A stretch of 10,679 nucleotides of DNA, counting the filler, from an uncultured virus (IMG/VR IMGVR_UViG_2049941000_000884) (Duplodnaviria; Heunggongvirae; Uroviricota; Caudoviricetes). It is 2 parts of one record of this genome, joined end to end, with 100 filler letters (N's around TTAATTAATTAA, not from the genome) between each part and the next. Parts side by side here need not be neighbours in the genome. Positions count along the whole stretch, not along the records: positions 2,127 to 10,679 come from IMGVR_UViG_2049941000_000884; 1 more part is not named here. The stretch is one strand, 5' to 3'. Numbering within the stretch: position 1 is the first letter of the stretch; the number at the start of each line of letters is the position of its first letter. The position numbers and the translations under genes were made by a program. Below, in pieces: positions 6,913 through 10,679 of this stretch. The notes under the pieces were generated by a model. That model was not told where the DNA came from. It saw only the letters and a program-made list of their open reading frames with translations, and searched no databases.

Positions 6913-7473
6913 TTGAGATTGTCCTACACTGAAATTTGCAGGGCGGTCGAGGACGTACAGAAGAAGTACAATGAGCGTGATCCCTTCAAGCTTTGCAGGC
7001 TTATGGGTATCATCCTCATCTTCCAGTCATTAGGAACCGCCCCGGATGCGATCAAAGGTTTTTTCCTTGAGAGCAAGCGTATCCGCACTATTACCGTCAA
7101 TAGCGATTTACCCAGAGCGATTCAAAAAATCATTGTGGCTCATGAGCTTGGGCATGCCATCCTGCACCGCCGCAGCGGCATTGCCGCCTTCCATGAAATC
7201 GGTCTTTTTGATTCGAGTTCCAAAATGGAAAAGGACGCCAACCTTTTCGCCGCAGAGTATCTGCTCGATGACGGTGACGTCCTGGATATACTGAATGGTG
7301 ATGTTACTTTCTTTTCGGCCGCCGCTTCTCTTTGCGTGCCGATGGAACTTTTGGATTTCAAATTCCGGGTCATGAAATGGAAAGGATACAAGCTGACCGA
7401 GCCCCCGATCAGTGCCAGGAGCAATTTCCTGCGAAACATTGAGGTGCCGTCAGATGCAGACTACACAAGCTAA
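6913..7473 (+). CDS. ImmA/IrrE-family Zn metallo-endopeptidase
   Basis: RDPFKLC, IIVAHELGHAILH (HExxH) and MEKDANLFAAEYL (E..AN.FA) motifs. AGGAGG before TTG. Lies directly downstream of an XRE gene. Confidence 0.92.
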   Translation: MRLSYTEICRAVEDVQKKYNERDPFKLCRLMGIILIFQSLGTAPDAIKGFFLESKRIRTITVNSDLPRAIQKIIVAHELGHAILHRRSGIAAFHEIGLFDSSSKMEKDANLFAAEYLLDDGDVLDILNGDVTFFSAAASLCVPMELLDFKFRVMKWKGYKLTEPPISARSNFLRNIEVPSDADYTS

Positions 7474-7741
7474 ACAGGCCAAGGTTTACGTGGCTGTCAG
7501 TGCCGATTTCAATAACGAAGGCGTTATGATCCCCAGATCACTCGTATGGGAGGACGGGACGACATACACCATCGACAGGGTGACGGAGATCCGCCAGGCT
7601 GCCGCTATGCGCGCCGGTGGTCAGGGCGACCGGTATAAAATCTATGTGAACGGGCGGCAGAGCTATCTGTTCTTTGAGAGAAGCCCGAATCTGAGCGGGA
7701 ATAACATCGGCCGTTGGTTCGTGGAGAGGAGAATGAGATGA
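7454..7741 (+). CDS. Small beta-rich hypothetical protein, 95 aa, of a type often found near clostridial dinB
   Basis: GAGGT before ATG 7454. Sequence VYVAV.ADF..EG.MIP..L.WEDG..Y.IDRV...AGGQGDRY...YLFFE...RWFVE. The stop overlaps the next start (ATGA). The dinB association is from recall. Confidence 0.8.
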   Translation: MQTTQAKQAKVYVAVSADFNNEGVMIPRSLVWEDGTTYTIDRVTEIRQAAAMRAGGQGDRYKIYVNGRQSYLFFERSPNLSGNNIGRWFVERRMR

Positions 7742-8349
7742 ATCGAGTTCCGTCGTTGGAATACATCTCTGTCAGCAGGGATGCGCACGAGTTTCTGAAG
7801 CATGCGCTCTTCGGCGCGTGGGATTCCATCTATATTGCGGCAAGCGAGAGAGCTTATCGGGATATGTGCAGGACTCTTCGTTTGACAGACGTCGATGGCA
7901 AAAAGCTGCGCGACGAGATTGCCCGTAAGCTGGAAGAAGAGACCCGCACGTTACTTGAAAAAGGCGTTGCGAATCAAAAGCAGTTTGATCTCTGGCATCT
8001 GCGAGTTTGTAAAATGATCCAGGAGCATTATGCCGTTAACGGTGTCGAGCTGACGGTCGGGCAGGCGCAGAAGTGGGTCAATATGATGCTGAAGTACCTG
8101 TTTGTAGCCGACGCGCCCGGAAGCGCGGACATGTTCTATTTCTGCCACGTGCCGATTGATTCGTATATCATCGCTGCCGCGGAACAGCAGTTAAAGCTGA
8201 AGCGCCCTGCTATGCCGTGGAGCAAGATCACGGAATATGACTCCTACTTGGCCTATCAGAAAGAACTTCGCATCCGCCTTGGAAATACGGCTCCGCTGGA
8301 ATGGGAGTTCAAAACCTGGCTTTCAACCGCCACCGGAGAGAAAAGATAA
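7738..8349 (+). CDS. Hypothetical helical protein, 203 aa, possibly HhH-glycosylase-like fold
   Basis: ATGA coupling with the upstream gene and SD GAGGAG. Motifs GQAQKWVNMMLKY, CHVPIDSYI, WSKI..Y..Y..YQ and PLEWE. Confidence 0.7.
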   Translation: MNRVPSLEYISVSRDAHEFLKHALFGAWDSIYIAASERAYRDMCRTLRLTDVDGKKLRDEIARKLEEETRTLLEKGVANQKQFDLWHLRVCKMIQEHYAVNGVELTVGQAQKWVNMMLKYLFVADAPGSADMFYFCHVPIDSYIIAAAEQQLKLKRPAMPWSKITEYDSYLAYQKELRIRLGNTAPLEWEFKTWLSTATGEKR

Positions 8350-8369
8350 AAATCGCGATAGCGAGAAAT

Positions 8370-8423
8370 AAAAAAGCCACATGCAAACCGGTACTGTCCC
8401 GGCCCGCATGTGGCTTTGTGTTT
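8370..8423. terminator. Bidirectional intrinsic terminator between convergent genes
   Basis: AAAGCCACATGC (8373-8384) / GCATGTGGCTTT (8406-8417), with an A-tract before and a T-rich tract after. Confidence 0.75.
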
Positions 8424-9536
8424 ACAGATACTGCGACATCAGCCGCTTTGTTTCCTCCTGCATCAGATGAACAACACTCTCTGGCCCGGTGATCTGCACC
8501 CCGCTGCCCAGGGAGAAGATCCAGCCTAGGAACTGGTTGCTGATTGCCACTTCAAAGGAAGTCGTAAAGTGGCCTTCGCCGTCCGGCATGATGATCAAAT
8601 CTTTTCCAAAGCGATCGATGAACACACCTACCATGTGATTCTCGCCCCGGATGCTGACCCGTACTTCTTCGCCGCCATACATGCCGAAGAGTTGCTTGCC
8701 GTACTTGGCAAGGTCAAACGCCCGGAACTCCTTCTTGCCGAGCCTGGACTGATCGGTTATGGCGAGGTCAACCATCTTGTCGACGCGATAGTGCTTAATT
8801 GCGGCGTCCTCGGCATCATAAGCGACCATGTAATAGTTCTCATCATCCCACATGAGACACCAGGGGCTCACTACATACCAGGCGCCGTCCCGGCGGAACT
8901 CCATCTCTTTTTTCGTATTCCATTGGTAGTAGTGGAAACGGATTTGCTTGCCGGCGTTGATCGCCTCGTGAAGGATATCCACGTTGTAGTAAATGCTCTC
9001 GTTCATGGTCTTTACCCGTCCGGCAATAACTACCTGACGGTGAAGATGACTCGCGTCATTTCGGCTTACGAGAGCCTCCAGCTTCTTTATCANNNNNNNN
9101 NNGCCCAGAGCGATTCAGAGAATCATTGTGGCTCACGAGCTTGGGCATGCCATCCTGCACCGTAGCAGCGGCATTGCCGCCTTCCATGAAATCGGTCTTT
9201 TTGATTCAAGTTCCAAAATGGAAAAGGACGCCAACCTTTTCGCCGCAGAGTATCTGCTNNNNNNNNNNCAAGCAGCTTCAGTTCGGGAAGCTCAAAATCT
9301 CTCTGGCCAAGGTGATAATATACGCCTTTGCCGACCTGCTCCCGGATGATATCCAGACCGAATTGGCCGAGAAGCTCAATGTCCTGATACATTGTTCTGC
9401 GCTCTGCGTTTACACCGTAGGCGCTGAGTTTATCGATGATTTCCTGCAACGTTATTGCATGGGTTTCATCTGTTTCTTCGGAAAAGATTTTCACCAGATA
9501 GAGCATTTTCAGCTTCTGGTTTTCTCCGGCGGCCAT
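8422..9536 (-). CDS. wHTH-WYL-WCX transcriptional regulator (YafY/PafBC-like), interrupted by assembly gaps
   Basis: N-terminal part 9536-9269 reads QKLKMLYL..IF.EETDE.H...IIDKL..YGV.AERRT.Y.DI..L...FELPELKLL. C-terminal part 9092-8422 reads IKKLEALVS...RVKTMNESIYYNVD...VSPWCLMWDDENYYMV...HYRVDKM...FLGWIFSLG. A short middle stretch is replaced by gaps and a misplaced ImmA fragment. Confidence 0.9.
9103..9258 (+). repeat. Misplaced variant copy of ImmA segment 7110-7265
   Basis: 156 nt at offset 1993 with about 6 differences, flanked on both sides by 10-N gaps. Confidence 0.9.
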
Positions 9537-9569
9537 CGCGCTCCCTCCCTTAACGAATTGGCTGCCCTG

Positions 9570-9598
9570 ATTATATCAGAAAAAAGTACAATCTTCAA
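9570..9598 (-). promoter_or_regulatory. Sigma-A promoter for the WYL gene
   Basis: TTGAAG (9598-9593), 17-nt spacer, TATAAT (9575-9570) with an extended TG. SD GGGAGG upstream of ATG 9536. Confidence 0.7.
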
Positions 9599-9605
9599 TG
9601 ACCAA

Positions 9606-9649
9606 GTCAGTTTTTCCTGACACCTTTCCTGATAGTATAAAATCAGGAA
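9606..9649 (+). promoter_or_regulatory. Palindromic GTCAG-N6-CTGAC box and promoter region for the SWIM gene
   Basis: GTCAGTTTTTCCTGACA (9606-9622), 10 nt, then TGa-TAGTAT (hexamer 9633-9638), with an alternative TAAAAT at 9638-9643. An inverted repeat TTCCTGAT (9626-9633) / ATCAGGAA (9642-9649) straddles the -10. Confidence 0.55.
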
Positions 9650-9688
9650 GAAGGAAAAGTGCTGTATTACGAAGGGGAGGAAAAGAAA

Positions 9689-10495
9689 ATGAAAAGCATT
9701 CTTGGTTTTTCCATTAACGACAGGCAGCCGGAAACCACTGTCGGAACGGTCGAGACCGACAACACCCGCCCTGTCCGCTCACTGGTGCAGGTTCGCTTTG
9801 CGAATGACGGTCGCGTTCTGACCTACTACAATGACCGCTTTGCCCTTGAGGTCGGCGATACCGTTTTTGTGGACGGGAAGCTCGCCGGGAAGATCGGCAC
9901 CGTCGAGAAGGTCACCACTAAGTTCAAAATCAATCTGGCGGATTACAAGCGCGTTATCTCCAAGGCTGACAGGGAGATCCACGGCACCTACACCGAAGTC
10001 ATGGACAAGATGGTCAGCTTTGACGCGGAAGCCTTTTCTCCCGATCAGTTCCGCACCTGGGTCATTGCTCCCCGGGTGAAGGATGACGACGAGGAAGACG
10101 AGGACGATGTCGTGATCGTCGGCGACGGGTATGAGCTTGACCTGACTGAGATCGAGAAATCCGATGATGTGAACTATTCTGTGCTTCAGCGCGCGGTCGA
10201 CTATTGCGCGAACGGCAGCGTGGCTTACCTCTGTGTGCGGGACGGCGTCGGTACGGCGTTCATTAACGGCACGACCTGGTATGAGGTGAACTTTGCGCTG
10301 AACGGGGACAGCCTCACGGAGATGTACTGCGACTGCCCGTACCCCGGGCTCTGCAAGCACCTCCTCGCCGTTGCCATCACGCTGCGTGAGATGGGCAAGC
10401 AGGATGGGTTCTCGCTCGATCGTGATTTCGTGGCCATCGACTACAGGCAGTTCTGGAGCATGGTCTCCCGAGTCAAAAAGAGCATCACGCTCTGA
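9689..10495 (+). CDS. SWIM zinc-finger domain protein, 268 aa
   Basis: MYCDCPYPGLCKHLLAV (CxC-x5-CxH) preceded by AFINGTTWYEVNF, typical of SWIM proteins. GGAGG before ATG 9689. Confidence 0.85.
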   Translation: MKSILGFSINDRQPETTVGTVETDNTRPVRSLVQVRFANDGRVLTYYNDRFALEVGDTVFVDGKLAGKIGTVEKVTTKFKINLADYKRVISKADREIHGTYTEVMDKMVSFDAEAFSPDQFRTWVIAPRVKDDDEEDEDDVVIVGDGYELDLTEIEKSDDVNYSVLQRAVDYCANGSVAYLCVRDGVGTAFINGTTWYEVNFALNGDSLTEMYCDCPYPGLCKHLLAVAITLREMGKQDGFSLDRDFVAIDYRQFWSMVSRVKKSITL

Positions 10496-10505
10496 GGAGG
10501 AGAGC

Positions 10506-10679
10506 ATGAATATCGCGATAGCCGTTATGCTCCTGTTCTTCCTGATGTCCCTTGCCGGAAGAAAGAGCGGGAAAGCCGGGGATCGCAAACACGGCGAATC
10601 CCCGGGTGGTGAAATCGATGACGCTTCCTGGATAGAGGAACTTGAAATACTGGACATCCTTGACGAGGATCAATTCTAA
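10506..10679 (+). CDS. Small putative membrane-anchored protein, 57 aa
   Basis: GAGGAGG before ATG 10506. Hydrophobic N-terminus MNIAIAVMLLFFLMSLAG, basic linker and acidic tail. TAA at 10677-10679. Confidence 0.6.
   Translation: MNIAIAVMLLFFLMSLAGRKSGKAGDRKHGESPGGEIDDASWIEELEILDILDEDQF

Larger units (their letters stand above)
1805..10679. mobile_element. Part of a prophage/ICE-like accessory island (boundaries not visible)
   Basis: Gene content (AAA_24, sigma70-r4 protein, XRE, ImmA/IrrE, accessory dinB, WYL, SWIM) is typical of mobile DNA, and codon usage by eye differs from ldh-glmU. No integrase or att site is seen, and continuity across the linker is unproven. Confidence 0.55.

Noticed and set aside
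9093..9268. WYL gene disrupted by an inserted ImmA cassette, or DGR/shufflon-like template-variable repeat pairs
   Set aside because: The copy is bounded by 10-N gaps, differences are mostly synonymous and not adenine-specific, and no reverse transcriptase or recombinase is present.
9779..10657. 292-aa minus-strand ORF
   Set aside because: Antisense shadow of the SWIM and 57-aa genes, with no recognisable motifs.
1..10679. CRISPR array, tRNA or rRNA
   Set aside because: No regularly spaced repeats or recognisable structural RNA genes seen.

Overview
This window is a gapped, probably metagenomic scaffold from Clostridia-like Firmicutes (taxonomy inferred from gene content and GGAGG/TTG starts). 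The left part (1-1794) is housekeeping DNA: the 3' end of an L-lactate dehydrogenase gene and a gap-truncated glmU. From 1805 the sequence looks like a prophage/ICE-like island. It begins with an AAA_24/Sak4-like ATPase fragment and an artificial 100-nt linker. Next is a minus-strand cascade: a strong promoter, a coiled-coil-XRE regulator with an SSB-like acidic tail, small ORFs, a long terminator hairpin, a possible two-state RNA leader and a sigma70-region-4 protein. Then comes a DNA-damage-type module: dinB divergent from XRE-ImmA/IrrE-small protein-unknown enzyme, a WYL regulator, a SWIM Zn-finger protein and a small membrane protein. Three slightly diverged gene-fragment duplicates beside 10-N gaps (glmU, XRE, ImmA) are best read as strain-variant assembly artefacts. 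The strongest leads are a LexA-box-free Pol IV cassette with face-to-face promoters and two damage-sensing regulator types, a shared 17-bp box upstream of two genes, and the SD-sequestering RNA switch upstream of the sigma gene.
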